Made by a program: the position numbers and the translations under genes
Part shown: positions 12,693-22,293 of the stretch, in pieces
Layout: every line of letters begins with the position of its first letter
Position numbering within the stretch: position 1 is the stretch's first letter
Assembly: GCA_041690395.1 (NCBI GenBank)
Contig: JAWLHJ010000001.1
Location: 96,001-160,000, forward strand
DNA length: 64,000 nt
Reading direction: 5' to 3'
Source of the DNA: Longimicrobiales bacterium
GTDB lineage: Bacteria; Gemmatimonadota; Gemmatimonadetes; Longimicrobiales; Gaopeijiaceae
The notes under the pieces: model-generated
The model's input: only the letters and a program-made list of their open reading frames with translations
Database searches by the model: none
Told to the model about the DNA's origin: nothing

Positions 12693-15359
12693 ATGAGCGA
12701 CTACGATCTGCCCGACCTCCCGTCCGACAAAGAGCTCGGGATCACGGAAGAGGATCTCCGGGCGTTCGAGGAGGAGAGCGGGGCTGCGGGCGGCGGCCCG
12801 CCTTCGAAGACGGGCCGGAAGGGGGGCGGGCCGCCCGCCGCTTCCGGTGGGACCGGCGGTGAAGACGACGGCGACGACCTCACCCCCTCTCGGCTGAGGG
12901 GACCGATCACGCTGCTGGCGATGATCGCGTTGGGCTGGACCGCGAGCATCCGGACGGGCGTCCCCGAGCCCGTTCCGGCCGACGGGCCCGACACCGCCTT
13001 TTCGGCTGTCCGGGCGGCGCGGACCCTCGAGGAGATCGCTCGGGCTCCTCGGCCCGCCGGCTCACCGGAGCATGCCCGCGTTCGGGGCTACCTGCTGGGA
13101 GCGCTCCGCTCACTCGGGCTCGAGCCCGAGGTCCAGACGACGACCGCGGTCCGGGAAGGGGGAGACTTCGCGCGTGCGGCCACGGTTCGGAACGTCGTGG
13201 CGCGACTCCCCGGCTCGGCTTCGACCGGTGCCGTGCTGATCACCGCCCACTACGACGGCGTCGAGCTGTCGCCGGCGGCGGGCGACGACGCGTCCGGACT
13301 GGTGACCATCCTCGAGGCGGTCCGGGCGGTCCAGGCCGCGGGGCAGCTCAGGAACGACGTCATCGTTCTCTTCACCGACGCGGAGGAGCTCGGTCTGCTC
13401 GGGGCCGAGGGCTTCGTGCGGGACCACCCCTGGTTGAACGACGTCCAGGCCGTGCTCTCGTTCGAGATGCGCGGCTCGGGCGGGCCGTCCATCCTCTTCG
13501 AGACGGCGGACGGGAACGGGGCGGTCGTGCGGGCCCTCAAGGCCGGCGCGCCGAACGCGTTCGGGACCTCCCTCGGTGACGAGTTCTTCCGGTACATGCC
13601 GAACGCGACCGATTTCACGGTTTTCGAGCGCGCCGGGAAGCAGGGGCTCAACTTCGCCGCCATCGACAACGCGGCCGTCTACCACACACCCAGGGATACG
13701 CCTTCGGAGCTGTCCCCACGGACCCTCCAACAGCACGGGATCCACGCGCTGGGGGCGCTGAAGACCCTCGGGCAGGCCGATCTGTCCGAGATGAGGGCCC
13801 CGGACGTGGTCTATTTCACGCTACCGCTGCTCGGTATGGTCGTGTACCCGGCGGCGTGGGTCCTGCCCATCGGTGCCCTGCTGGCCCTGCTCGGCGTCGG
13901 GGCCATCCTCCTCGCCCGTCGACGCGGCGCGCGGGTGTCCGCCATGGTCACCGGCTTCGGCGTGTCGCTCGTGGCGACCTCGCTGGGCTACGCGGCGGGC
14001 TGGCTCCTGCTCGACCAGACCTACGGATCACACCCGGAGGCGGGCCAGCTTCCGGGAGCGCTCTACTACGGCGAGGGGTGGTACGTCCTGGCGTTGGCAT
14101 CTGTCGCCCTCCTGATCGTCTCGGGCTCGGTGGCGCTCGCCCGCCGCAAGCTGTCGGTGGCGGAGCTGACGCTCGGGGGTGTCCTTCTCCCGCTCGTGGC
14201 CTCGGGCGTGGTCGCCGTCGTGGCGCCACTCGCGGCCGCGCCGCTGCAATGGCCCGTGATCACGGCGCTCCTGTCCGTGCTGTTCGCGGCACTGCTCGGA
14301 GCACGCGTGCGTGGGATCGCGGGTTGGCTGCTCGCGCTCCTCGCGGCGGCGCCCGTGTTCGCCTTCTTCGTGCCGCTTGCGGAGCTACTCTGGCTTGCGG
14401 GTACCCTACGGCTCGCCGCGCCCCTCGGCGCACTGATGGTTTGCGGCCTCTTCCTGGTGGTGCCGACGGTGGAGCACCTGCACACGCGCAACGGATGGTG
14501 GTTGCCGCTCGCCGCCATCATGGGAGCGGGAGCTTCGATCGGGATGGCCCGGCTTGGCAGCGTGGTCAGCCCCGTGACTCCCGTATCCACGACGCTCGCG
14601 TACCAGTACGAGCGCGGCACGGACCGGGGCCTCTGGATATCCGACGGATCCACGGTCGACACACCGGACTCCGCGGCCGCGGCCTGGCTCACCTCACGCG
14701 TCGCGAGCCCGTTCGACAGGGTGGCCGATCTATCCGCCACGGGGTACTGGCCCGAGCGTGCACCGGTCGCGGACGCACCTCCCGCCACGGCCCCGGCACT
14801 CACCCTCCGCATCCAGCGCGACACCACCGTAGGCGCCGTGCGGCGGGTCACGCTCGGCGTCCGTTCGGAGATCGGCGCCGAGCGACTCTACTTCCGCCGC
14901 TCCGGCGGCGCGGCCGGCACGCGCATCGTCTCCATCAACGGTCGGGCACTCACCGACCCCTACGCCGTGCAGTGGGTCGACCACTGGGGCGTGCCGGACT
15001 CACTCGTCGTTCTGGAGCTCGAGATGCCCGCGGCCTCCGAAACCGCGCTGACCGTGTCCGAGCACCTGCTCCGGCCAGCCGAGATCCTCGGTCCCGGCAC
15101 GTTTCAGCGACCACCCGGGCTTCAGGCCAACGTGATGCGTTCGAGCGACCGGGCCATCCTGACGACGCGACTCGGCGGAGCATCGGGCGAAGGGCCGCCC
15201 GACGGCACCGACGGCACCGACCGCACGGAGCCCCTGGAGGACGCGCCGGGCGACGCCCTTCCCGACTCCATGGCGATCGAGCCGGACACGACCCTTCCCG
15301 ACTCGGCATCCCTCCCGGATACCGGATCGACTCCCGAGCCGGAGCCACCCCCATGTTGA
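12693..15359 (+). CDS. Membrane-bound M28 family metallopeptidase
   Basis: TAHYDG, GDDASG, DAEELG, FEMRG, YHTPRD zinc-ligand motifs, then about 8 TM helices and a soluble C-terminal domain. Confidence 0.9.
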   Translation: MSDYDLPDLPSDKELGITEEDLRAFEEESGAAGGGPPSKTGRKGGGPPAASGGTGGEDDGDDLTPSRLRGPITLLAMIALGWTASIRTGVPEPVPADGPDTAFSAVRAARTLEEIARAPRPAGSPEHARVRGYLLGALRSLGLEPEVQTTTAVREGGDFARAATVRNVVARLPGSASTGAVLITAHYDGVELSPAAGDDASGLVTILEAVRAVQAAGQLRNDVIVLFTDAEELGLLGAEGFVRDHPWLNDVQAVLSFEMRGSGGPSILFETADGNGAVVRALKAGAPNAFGTSLGDEFFRYMPNATDFTVFERAGKQGLNFAAIDNAAVYHTPRDTPSELSPRTLQQHGIHALGALKTLGQADLSEMRAPDVVYFTLPLLGMVVYPAAWVLPIGALLALLGVGAILLARRRGARVSAMVTGFGVSLVATSLGYAAGWLLLDQTYGSHPEAGQLPGALYYGEGWYVLALASVALLIVSGSVALARRKLSVAELTLGGVLLPLVASGVVAVVAPLAAAPLQWPVITALLSVLFAALLGARVRGIAGWLLALLAAAPVFAFFVPLAELLWLAGTLRLAAPLGALMVCGLFLVVPTVEHLHTRNGWWLPLAAIMGAGASIGMARLGSVVSPVTPVSTTLAYQYERGTDRGLWISDGSTVDTPDSAAAAWLTSRVASPFDRVADLSATGYWPERAPVADAPPATAPALTLRIQRDTTVGAVRRVTLGVRSEIGAERLYFRRSGGAAGTRIVSINGRALTDPYAVQWVDHWGVPDSLVVLELEMPAASETALTVSEHLLRPAEILGPGTFQRPPGLQANVMRSSDRAILTTRLGGASGEGPPDGTDGTDRTEPLEDAPGDALPDSMAIEPDTTLPDSASLPDTGSTPEPEPPPC

Positions 15360-16021
15360 GAGCGCTCGTCACCGGAGGATTCCTCGTCGTCGCGGTGCTC
15401 GTCATCTGGCTCGCCTTCGTGGTGGGCCCCGACACCTCGACAGGGAACCTGTTCACGAATCTGGGCACGGAGATCATCGGGATCGTGATTACCGTCGCGT
15501 TCGTGGAATGGCTCTTCGAGCGGCGACGGCTGCAGACCCGCGGCCGGCAGCTCGCCTGGGACGCACTCCACACGGTGGAACACGCCGTCTGGATCTGGCA
15601 GGGTGGGCCGCGCCAGATGGACACGGACGAGATCCTCGGGATCCTGAACGCCGTGGGAGACGACGACCCGCTCCCGGACTTCACCGAGGGGATGTTCCTC
15701 GGCATAGGCACGCGTAGCCGACGGCTGCTCGACAACGAGCCGCAGGCGGTATCGGCCGTTCCCGGCTTCATGAACGGGCTCGAGCAGCTCGCCCGGCTCA
15801 GCGCCATCCGCGACGGCAAGGCTTCGATGCCGGCGCGCAAGATCGCCGACATCCTCGAAGACGGTACGCGCGAGCTCGCGCGTGCGCTCGGCCGACCCAC
15901 GGAGCGACATCTCGCGAGCCTCATCCGCTACCGGGATCCCTCGGAACGGAGTCAGGAGCGACGGCACTCCGGTGGCCGCGCGGGCTCACCGTTGGGCGGC
16001 AGGCCGGAGCCCTTCGCCTGA
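15353..16021 (+). CDS. Hypothetical membrane protein (2 N-terminal TM helices)
   Basis: ATG at 15353 overlaps the peptidase stop; protein-like composition from MLRALVTGGF onward (tail of ORF 13856..16021). Confidence 0.7.
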   Translation: MLRALVTGGFLVVAVLVIWLAFVVGPDTSTGNLFTNLGTEIIGIVITVAFVEWLFERRRLQTRGRQLAWDALHTVEHAVWIWQGGPRQMDTDEILGILNAVGDDDPLPDFTEGMFLGIGTRSRRLLDNEPQAVSAVPGFMNGLEQLARLSAIRDGKASMPARKIADILEDGTRELARALGRPTERHLASLIRYRDPSERSQERRHSGGRAGSPLGGRPEPFA

Positions 16022-16027
16022 CGCTCG

Positions 16028-17020
16028 TCAGGTGACCGGTGGCAGCACCCGCTCGAGACGGCCCCGATCCCACCCCGCCGCGTCGGCGGCGGCCTCGTAC
16101 GTGCTCTCGAGGAACGACATGAGCGCGCCGTCGGGATCCTCCGCGGACCGCACGGCTTCGTACGGCAGGACGAACTCCCCGAGCGTTTCGTGGAAATACG
16201 CTCCCTCCGGCAGGACCGGACGGCTCCGGAATCCCTCCGGCTCCGGGTAGGCGTAGGCGTAGAAAGCAGCCTCACCGAGCTCGCCCCCCGGCCAGAATCC
16301 GGCGCTCGAAAGCTCGTCCGAGTAGGCCTCCTCCATGACCCAGTCGGCCACGTTCGGGGCCCCGCCCGGGTGCTTCGGGGCCGGCCGGCCGGAGAAGCGC
16401 GTGACGGCGAGATCGAAAGCGCCCCAGAAGAAGTGGACGGGGCTCACCTTGCCGGCGAACCGGGCCCGAAAGCGCTTCATCACCCGGTCGACCTGCACCA
16501 GTGCCAGCCAGAATCGCCGAATGGCGTCCCCGTCGTAGGGCCGCGGTACACGATCCTCCTCGAATGGCGTGGCCGGATCGACCTCGACCGGGCGCGCGAG
16601 GATCTCGACCTGGATGTCCAGGTCGTGCAGGCCTCCGAAGAGCTCCCGGTAGAAGTCCGCGACCGACATCGGGCCGAGCCCCATCCCCCACGTACGGCCC
16701 CGTGAGGTGGAGATCCGAAGGGCATGGCTCTGGAAGTCGAACTCGATCTCGAACGATTCCCCCCGGTGATGGATCGGGGATGTGGACAGCCCCCTGGTCG
16801 TCACGTACAGCGCCGATCCCCAGGAATGGTTGACCCACGGGGCGAGCGCGAGGCGAACCTTTCCGACGACCTGACTCCACATATGCACGGCCGCCCGCGT
16901 CCCCTCCCACTCCTCGAGCGGGGGGAGGGCCGGCCAGGCTTCGCGCGGGACCGCATCGTGGGTGTGCTGGGAGGGTGCCGACATGGTGTCGCTCCTGACG
17001 AGGAAGGTGACCCGGATCAT
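16028..17020 (-). CDS. DUF5996-like protein
   Basis: HMWSQVVGKVRL, PWVNHSW, PVHFFWGAFDLAVTRFSGR, SAGFWPG, AFYAYAYPEP. Alternative start at 16984. Confidence 0.75.
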   Translation of the reverse strand: MIRVTFLVRSDTMSAPSQHTHDAVPREAWPALPPLEEWEGTRAAVHMWSQVVGKVRLALAPWVNHSWGSALYVTTRGLSTSPIHHRGESFEIEFDFQSHALRISTSRGRTWGMGLGPMSVADFYRELFGGLHDLDIQVEILARPVEVDPATPFEEDRVPRPYDGDAIRRFWLALVQVDRVMKRFRARFAGKVSPVHFFWGAFDLAVTRFSGRPAPKHPGGAPNVADWVMEEAYSDELSSAGFWPGGELGEAAFYAYAYPEPEGFRSRPVLPEGAYFHETLGEFVLPYEAVRSAEDPDGALMSFLESTYEAAADAAGWDRGRLERVLPPVT

Positions 17021-17140
17021 GGCTCGGACGCTGCCCGCCCGCCAGTTCCGCCACGCGGGTGAGTCCCCTGGTCCATGGGTCGAGAATGGGACAAACTAGG
17101 TGTTCCCCTCCCTTACGACCCCGGACGATTCGAGCCCATC

Positions 17141-17746
17141 ATGACCCATGATCTGCTGAAAGGTTTGAGCCGCTTCAGCAAGGAGTACTTTCCCGAGTTC
17201 CAGGAGCGATACCGGAGCCTCGTCGACGAGGGGCAGAAGCCGGGCACTCTCTTCATCGGGTGCTCCGACTCGCGGGTCGTGCCCAACGTGATCACGGACA
17301 GCGGCCCCGGTGACCTCTTCGTCGTCCGCAACGTCGGCAACATCGTCCCGAGCTACGAGGTCGACGAAGGCCATCACGGGGTCTCCGCGGCGATCGATTT
17401 CGCCGTGGACGTGCTCCATGTGAAGGATATCGTGGTGTGCGGGCACTCCCACTGCGGCGCCATCCGCGCGCTGTACGAGCCGCCCGGCAACGCGTCGAGG
17501 AACCTGAGCAAGTGGCTCGAGCTGGCGGGGCCCGCCAAAGTCGACGGGACGGTGGACGACGACCTGCTCCGGCGCACCGAACAGCGCTCGATCGTGGTCC
17601 AGCTCGATCGACTGATGGACTTCCCGAATGTCCGCGCTGGTGTCGAGGCCGGTGAGATCGCCCTCCATGGATGGCACTACTTGATCGAGGACGGGCAGAT
17701 CCTCATCCTGGACGTCGAGACCGGGGAGTTCTCGCCGCACGACTGA
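17141..17746 (+). CDS. Beta-class carbonic anhydrase
   Basis: IGCSDSRV, RNVGN, CGHSHCGAI zinc motifs; LHGWHY. Confidence 0.95.
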   Translation: MTHDLLKGLSRFSKEYFPEFQERYRSLVDEGQKPGTLFIGCSDSRVVPNVITDSGPGDLFVVRNVGNIVPSYEVDEGHHGVSAAIDFAVDVLHVKDIVVCGHSHCGAIRALYEPPGNASRNLSKWLELAGPAKVDGTVDDDLLRRTEQRSIVVQLDRLMDFPNVRAGVEAGEIALHGWHYLIEDGQILILDVETGEFSPHD

Positions 17747-17920
17747 GACCGGCGGCCGGCGACTCCAGGTCTCAGGCGGGCCTTGCCGAGCGGGACCCAC
17801 GTCTCGGTCGTGTCGCAAGATCGTCACTGTTCGACCTCGGTCGGCCCTCCGCCGAAGACGCGGCCGTCGTCCCCCTTCTAGATTCAGCGTTCTTGCACCC
17901 GTGGATCCGGAGACGAAGCG

Positions 17921-19363
17921 ATGCGCAGAAGGGACTTCATTCGACGGTTGGCGACGGCAGGGGGCGGTGCCGCGGTGGCCCCCTCTCTCTCGGGGCTCGC
18001 GGCCTGGAACTTCGTGACGCCCGCTCAGGCGAGGGCCGCCGCCGCGAGTCGCGACGAAGTGCACCAGGCCATCGGGTACGGCTCACTGCGGCCGAGCGTG
18101 GACTGTCCGGAGCTCGAGATACCCGACGGTTTCCGGTGCGTCAGGATCAGCGAGGCGCTCCGTCCGGCGGCCGGCCGACCGGACATCATCGTGCCCAACG
18201 CGTTCGACGGAATGGCGTCCTTCCCGCTCCCGAACGGCAACATTCGCCTGATCCGCAATCACGAGATGGCCGAGCCGGCGGGGAACGGACCCGCGATCGG
18301 TGAGCCCGCCTACGACCGGCTGGCGACGGGCGGGACGTCGTCGCTCGAGGTGCGCATCACGGGGAGCGGCATGGACCGGCAGGTCGAGGTCGTCGAGGAG
18401 TTCGTCTCGTTGGCCGGCACGCGTGTGAATTGCGCCGGCGGCCCCACTCCCTGGGGATCGTGGCTGAGCTGTGAGGAGAACACGAACGGCCCGGCCCAGG
18501 GCTTCGAACAACCCCACGGATACGTGTTCGAGGTACCGGTCGACGCGCGTGGGCCTGTGGAGCCCGTCCCGCTCAAGGCCATGGGACGATTCGTCCACGA
18601 GGCCGTGGCCGTGGACCCGGCGACCGGCATCGTGTACCAGACCGAGGACGTACGCTTCGAGATGGGCAACCCGGCACGTCCCGGTGCAGGCTTCTACCGC
18701 TACATCCCGAACCGGCCGGAGCGCCTCGCCGAGGGCGGGCGCCTGCAGATCATGGCCATCGAGGAGCTCCCGGGCTTCGTCACGGTTTGGGGCATGCGTC
18801 CCGGGGAGACCCTGCCGACGACCTGGATCGACATCGACGACCCGGACAACCCCGCCGCAGAGGAAGACCCTTCCGCCGTGTTCCGTGAGGGACTCGCCAA
18901 GGGCGCGGCGGCCTTCGCCCGCCTCGAGGGCGCCTGGGCCGGGGACGACGGCATCTACCTCGTATCGACCGACGGCGGACGTGCCCGGGCCGGCCAGGTC
19001 TTCTTCTACCGGCCGACGACGGCTGACCGCGGTGAGCTCACACTGGTGTTCGAGTCGCCCTCACGGGAAGTCCTCGACGCGCCGGACAACATCTGCACCA
19101 CGCCCAGAGGTGGACTCATCATCTGCGAGGACGGTCCGGGCGACGAGTTCGTGAGGGGCCTCGACCGGAGTGGTCGCATCGTCGACCTGGTGCGGCAGCC
19201 GCACCTACCCGGGGCCGAGGAACCGAGCGAGTTCTGCGGCGCGTGCATGAGCCCGGACGGCGAGGTGCTGTTCTTCAACGTCCAGGGCGACCGGACCACG
19301 AGCGGCACCGAGCCCAGCGTCACCTACGCCATGTGGGGGCCGTGGGCCGAAGGGGGGCTGTAA
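17921..19363 (+). CDS. phoX: PhoX-family alkaline phosphatase (DUF839), Tat-exported
   Basis: MRRRDFI twin-arginine signal; RNHE, NCAGGPTPWGSWLSCEE, GRFVHEAVAVD, APDNI, ICED, EFCGA. Confidence 0.88.
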   Translation: MRRRDFIRRLATAGGGAAVAPSLSGLAAWNFVTPAQARAAAASRDEVHQAIGYGSLRPSVDCPELEIPDGFRCVRISEALRPAAGRPDIIVPNAFDGMASFPLPNGNIRLIRNHEMAEPAGNGPAIGEPAYDRLATGGTSSLEVRITGSGMDRQVEVVEEFVSLAGTRVNCAGGPTPWGSWLSCEENTNGPAQGFEQPHGYVFEVPVDARGPVEPVPLKAMGRFVHEAVAVDPATGIVYQTEDVRFEMGNPARPGAGFYRYIPNRPERLAEGGRLQIMAIEELPGFVTVWGMRPGETLPTTWIDIDDPDNPAAEEDPSAVFREGLAKGAAAFARLEGAWAGDDGIYLVSTDGGRARAGQVFFYRPTTADRGELTLVFESPSREVLDAPDNICTTPRGGLIICEDGPGDEFVRGLDRSGRIVDLVRQPHLPGAEEPSEFCGACMSPDGEVLFFNVQGDRTTSGTEPSVTYAMWGPWAEGGL

Positions 19364-19408
19364 CGCGAACTCCTTTGCGCATCGGCTCCGAACCGTGTAT
19401 CTGGAGCC

Positions 19409-20284
19409 ATGCCCTATTCCGACGCCGCCTCCGCACGCCTGTCCGACGAGCGGGGTGGAGACGCCCCGAGGAGCCCCACACGAGTCGCTTTCTTCGCGAC
19501 CTGTCTCGCCGACCGCTTCTTCGCTGACGCCTGCGCGGACGCGGTGCGGATTCTCGAACACCTGGGCGTGGCGGTGGACGTGCCGGACGGCCAGACCTGC
19601 TGCGGGCAGCCTGCGTACAACGCAGGACACCGTGCGGAGGCGACCCGTATGGCCCGGCAGACGGCGAAGGCCTTCGCGGCGGCCGATCATGTCGTGCTCC
19701 CGTCGGGAAGCTGCGCCGGAATGATCCGGAGCTTCTACCCGTCGCTGCTGCGTGCCGCGAAGAGTGGAGCGCCCGGCCTCGCACCGCGAGCTCACGAGCT
19801 CTCCTCCTTCCTGGTTCACGAGCTCGGCGTCCTCGGTCCGGACTGGCGTGACCACGAGGGTGATCCGCCACGGATCGGCGCTGGACTGGAGGGAGTCGGT
19901 GTCGTCTACCACCACGGCTGTCACGCGCTTCGGGAGCTCGGTGTCCACGACGAGCCGGTGGCGCTCCTACGGGCGTGCGGCGCCGACGTCGTGCCGTGGG
20001 GCGGAGATACCGAGTGCTGCGGCTTCGGCGGGCTGTTCAGCACGAAGTTCCCGGAGGTCTCGAGCGGCATGGCAGACCGCAAGCTCGACGCCCTGCCGCC
20101 CGACATCGATTTCGTGACTTCGGCGGACGGCGGCTGCCTTCTTCAGCTGTCGGGCCGAGCCCGGCATCTCGCGAGAGAGGATGGGGCGCAGGCTCCGAGC
20201 GCCTCGCCCACCCCCCGCACGTCCAATCCAGCCCCCGGCTTCGTTCACCTCGCGACACTCCTCCGTCGGGGGTTGGGCGCATGA
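19409..20284 (+). CDS. lutA: Lactate utilisation protein A (CCG-domain Fe-S protein)
   Basis: FATCLAD, QTCCGQP, SGSC, HHGCH, CCGFGGLFS, DGGCLLQ; first gene of an ABC triad. Confidence 0.88.
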   Translation: MPYSDAASARLSDERGGDAPRSPTRVAFFATCLADRFFADACADAVRILEHLGVAVDVPDGQTCCGQPAYNAGHRAEATRMARQTAKAFAAADHVVLPSGSCAGMIRSFYPSLLRAAKSGAPGLAPRAHELSSFLVHELGVLGPDWRDHEGDPPRIGAGLEGVGVVYHHGCHALRELGVHDEPVALLRACGADVVPWGGDTECCGFGGLFSTKFPEVSSGMADRKLDALPPDIDFVTSADGGCLLQLSGRARHLAREDGAQAPSASPTPRTSNPAPGFVHLATLLRRGLGA

Positions 20285-21684
20285 GTGAGCGGTCACGCCC
20301 GAGCGACTATGGCGCCGAATCCGCCCGCATCGTCCGGGACGACCCCGGCATGCGCACCTCCATCACGGGCGCCGTCCGCTCGAAGCACGAGAAACGGCAG
20401 GCGGCGTGGGCTGAGATCGACGCGGAGGCGTGGCGCGACTGGGCCCGGGACGTGAAGACACACGTGCTCACGCACCTGGACCGGTATCTGCCGCAGGCCG
20501 AGGACGCGCTCCTCCGGAACGGCGTGAAGGTCCACTGGGCGGAGACCGCGGCCCAGGCCTGCGACGTCGTCACGCGCATCGCCGCCGACCACGGGGCGCG
20601 CCGCGTGGTGAAGGCCAAGAGCATGCTGACCGAGGAGATCGGGCTCAACGAAAGCCTCGAGCGGGCAGGGTTGGAGGTCCGGGAGACCGACCTGGGAGAG
20701 TACATCATCCAGCTCCTCGACGAGCCGCCGAGCCACATCGTGGGTCCCTCGCTCCACCGCAGCCTCGAAGACTGCCGGCGGCTCTTCCACGACCGGTTCG
20801 GCACGCCGCTCGACGCCTCGCCGGAGACGCTCGCCGCGACCGCGCGGCGCATCCTCCGGGACGACTTCCTCCAGGCCGACATGGGCGTCTCGGGCGCCAA
20901 CTTCCTGGCGGCGGACACCGGCACCATCGCGCTCATCGAGAACGAGGGGAACATCCGTATCTCGACCTCGATCCCGCCGGTGCACGTGGCCGTGGTGGGC
21001 ATCGAGAAGCTCGTCCCCAAGTTCGAGGATCTCGCCGGCCTCATCCAGCTGACGGCGCGCTCGGCCACCGGCCAGGCCATCGGCAACTACGTGTCGCTCA
21101 TCCAGGGCCCCCGCCGCCCGGGCGAGCGCGACGGACCCGACGAGGTCCACGTCGTCTTCGTCGACAACGGGCGCACCCGCCTGCTCGCCGACGAGCACGC
21201 CTGGGAGGTGCTCCGGTGCGTGCGCTGCGGCGCCTGCCTCAACAGCTGCCCGGTGTACCGCCAGACCGGAGGGCACGCGTACGGATGGGCTTACTCGGGC
21301 CCGATCGGCGCGATCCTGGCGCCAGGCATCCTCGGACTGGAGGCGGCGATGCCGCTTCCGTTCGCTTCAAGCTTGTGTGGTGCTTGCGCGGAGGTATGTC
21401 CCGTTCGTATTCCAATACCGGAGCTACTCGTCTACTGGCGGGAGCGAGCGGTCGAGGAAGGCCTCACGCCGACGGTGGACGGAGTGGCCATGAAGGTGTG
21501 GGCGGCGCTCGCGGAGCACCCGGGCGCGTTCGGCGTAGCGTCGGACGTGGTCGGAGCGCTGCCTCTGGAGGGGGCGGGCCGCAAGCTGCCGGTGTTGCGG
21601 GGGTGGATGGGGGAGCGCGCGGCGCCCGTGCCGAGTCCCGAACGTTTTCTGAACACCTCGAGCAGGAAGGAGGAAGGTACGTGA
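20281..21684 (+). CDS. lutB: Lactate utilisation protein B (LUD domain plus 2x[4Fe-4S])
   Basis: KAKSMLTEEI, ETDLGEYIIQL, PPSHIV, ENEGN, CVRCGACLNSCP, SSLCGACAEVCP; ATGA overlap with lutA. Confidence 0.93.
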   Translation: MSERSRPSDYGAESARIVRDDPGMRTSITGAVRSKHEKRQAAWAEIDAEAWRDWARDVKTHVLTHLDRYLPQAEDALLRNGVKVHWAETAAQACDVVTRIAADHGARRVVKAKSMLTEEIGLNESLERAGLEVRETDLGEYIIQLLDEPPSHIVGPSLHRSLEDCRRLFHDRFGTPLDASPETLAATARRILRDDFLQADMGVSGANFLAADTGTIALIENEGNIRISTSIPPVHVAVVGIEKLVPKFEDLAGLIQLTARSATGQAIGNYVSLIQGPRRPGERDGPDEVHVVFVDNGRTRLLADEHAWEVLRCVRCGACLNSCPVYRQTGGHAYGWAYSGPIGAILAPGILGLEAAMPLPFASSLCGACAEVCPVRIPIPELLVYWRERAVEEGLTPTVDGVAMKVWAALAEHPGAFGVASDVVGALPLEGAGRKLPVLRGWMGERAAPVPSPERFLNTSSRKEEGT

Positions 21685-22277
21685 GCCCTCGCAATCGGAT
21701 TCTGGGATATGTCCGCGGCGCCACGGCGTCCCGGCCCAGGGTCCCTCATCCGGGTCGCTTCGACGGACGCTTTCTCGCGGGTGACGACCGTCCCCCGATG
21801 GAGCGGTTCGCCGAGCAGTTCACGGCGTCCGGGGGTGAGGTCGAGCGTTTCGTCGACACGGAGGCCGCGGTCCGGTGGCTCGGAGAATTCACACGCGGCT
21901 ACGAGAGCGTGACCGTGGGCGTGACGGTTCCGGGCCGACTGCGCCCGGCGCTTCCGTCCACCTGCCCCGACCTGGCACCCCTCGGCGTTTCCGCCGCCGT
22001 CGCAGCCGTTGCCGAGACGGGATCGCTGGTCCTCGACGCCCGGGACGGCCGTCGGACGCAGCTCCTGGCGCCCACCCACGTGGTGTTCGTGCGGGAGCAG
22101 GACATCCACGAGACGCTCGTGGGCGCCATGGTGACACTCCAGCCGGACCTACCCTCGGCCGTGGGACTCCACTCCGGCCCGTCCAAGTCGGCCGACATCG
22201 GGCAGATCCTGGTACGGGGGGTGCACGGGCCCGGTCGCATCGTGGCGGCGGTCATCGGGGAGGCCGGCCCGGTCTGA
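21681..22277 (+). CDS. lutC: Lactate utilisation protein C (LUD domain)
   Basis: AVAETGS, SGPSKSADI, RGVHGPG; GTGA overlap with lutB after AGGAGG. Confidence 0.88.
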   Translation: MSPRNRILGYVRGATASRPRVPHPGRFDGRFLAGDDRPPMERFAEQFTASGGEVERFVDTEAAVRWLGEFTRGYESVTVGVTVPGRLRPALPSTCPDLAPLGVSAAVAAVAETGSLVLDARDGRRTQLLAPTHVVFVREQDIHETLVGAMVTLQPDLPSAVGLHSGPSKSADIGQILVRGVHGPGRIVAAVIGEAGPV

Positions 22278-22293
22278 CACCGGTCCGCCGACC

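Noticed and set aside
13856..15352. 721-aa ORF suggesting a frameshifted or overlapping gene
   Set aside because: Only the part from ATG 15353 looks like protein. The same applies to ORFs 19975, 20430, 22449 and 53883, whose real starts are at stop/start overlaps.
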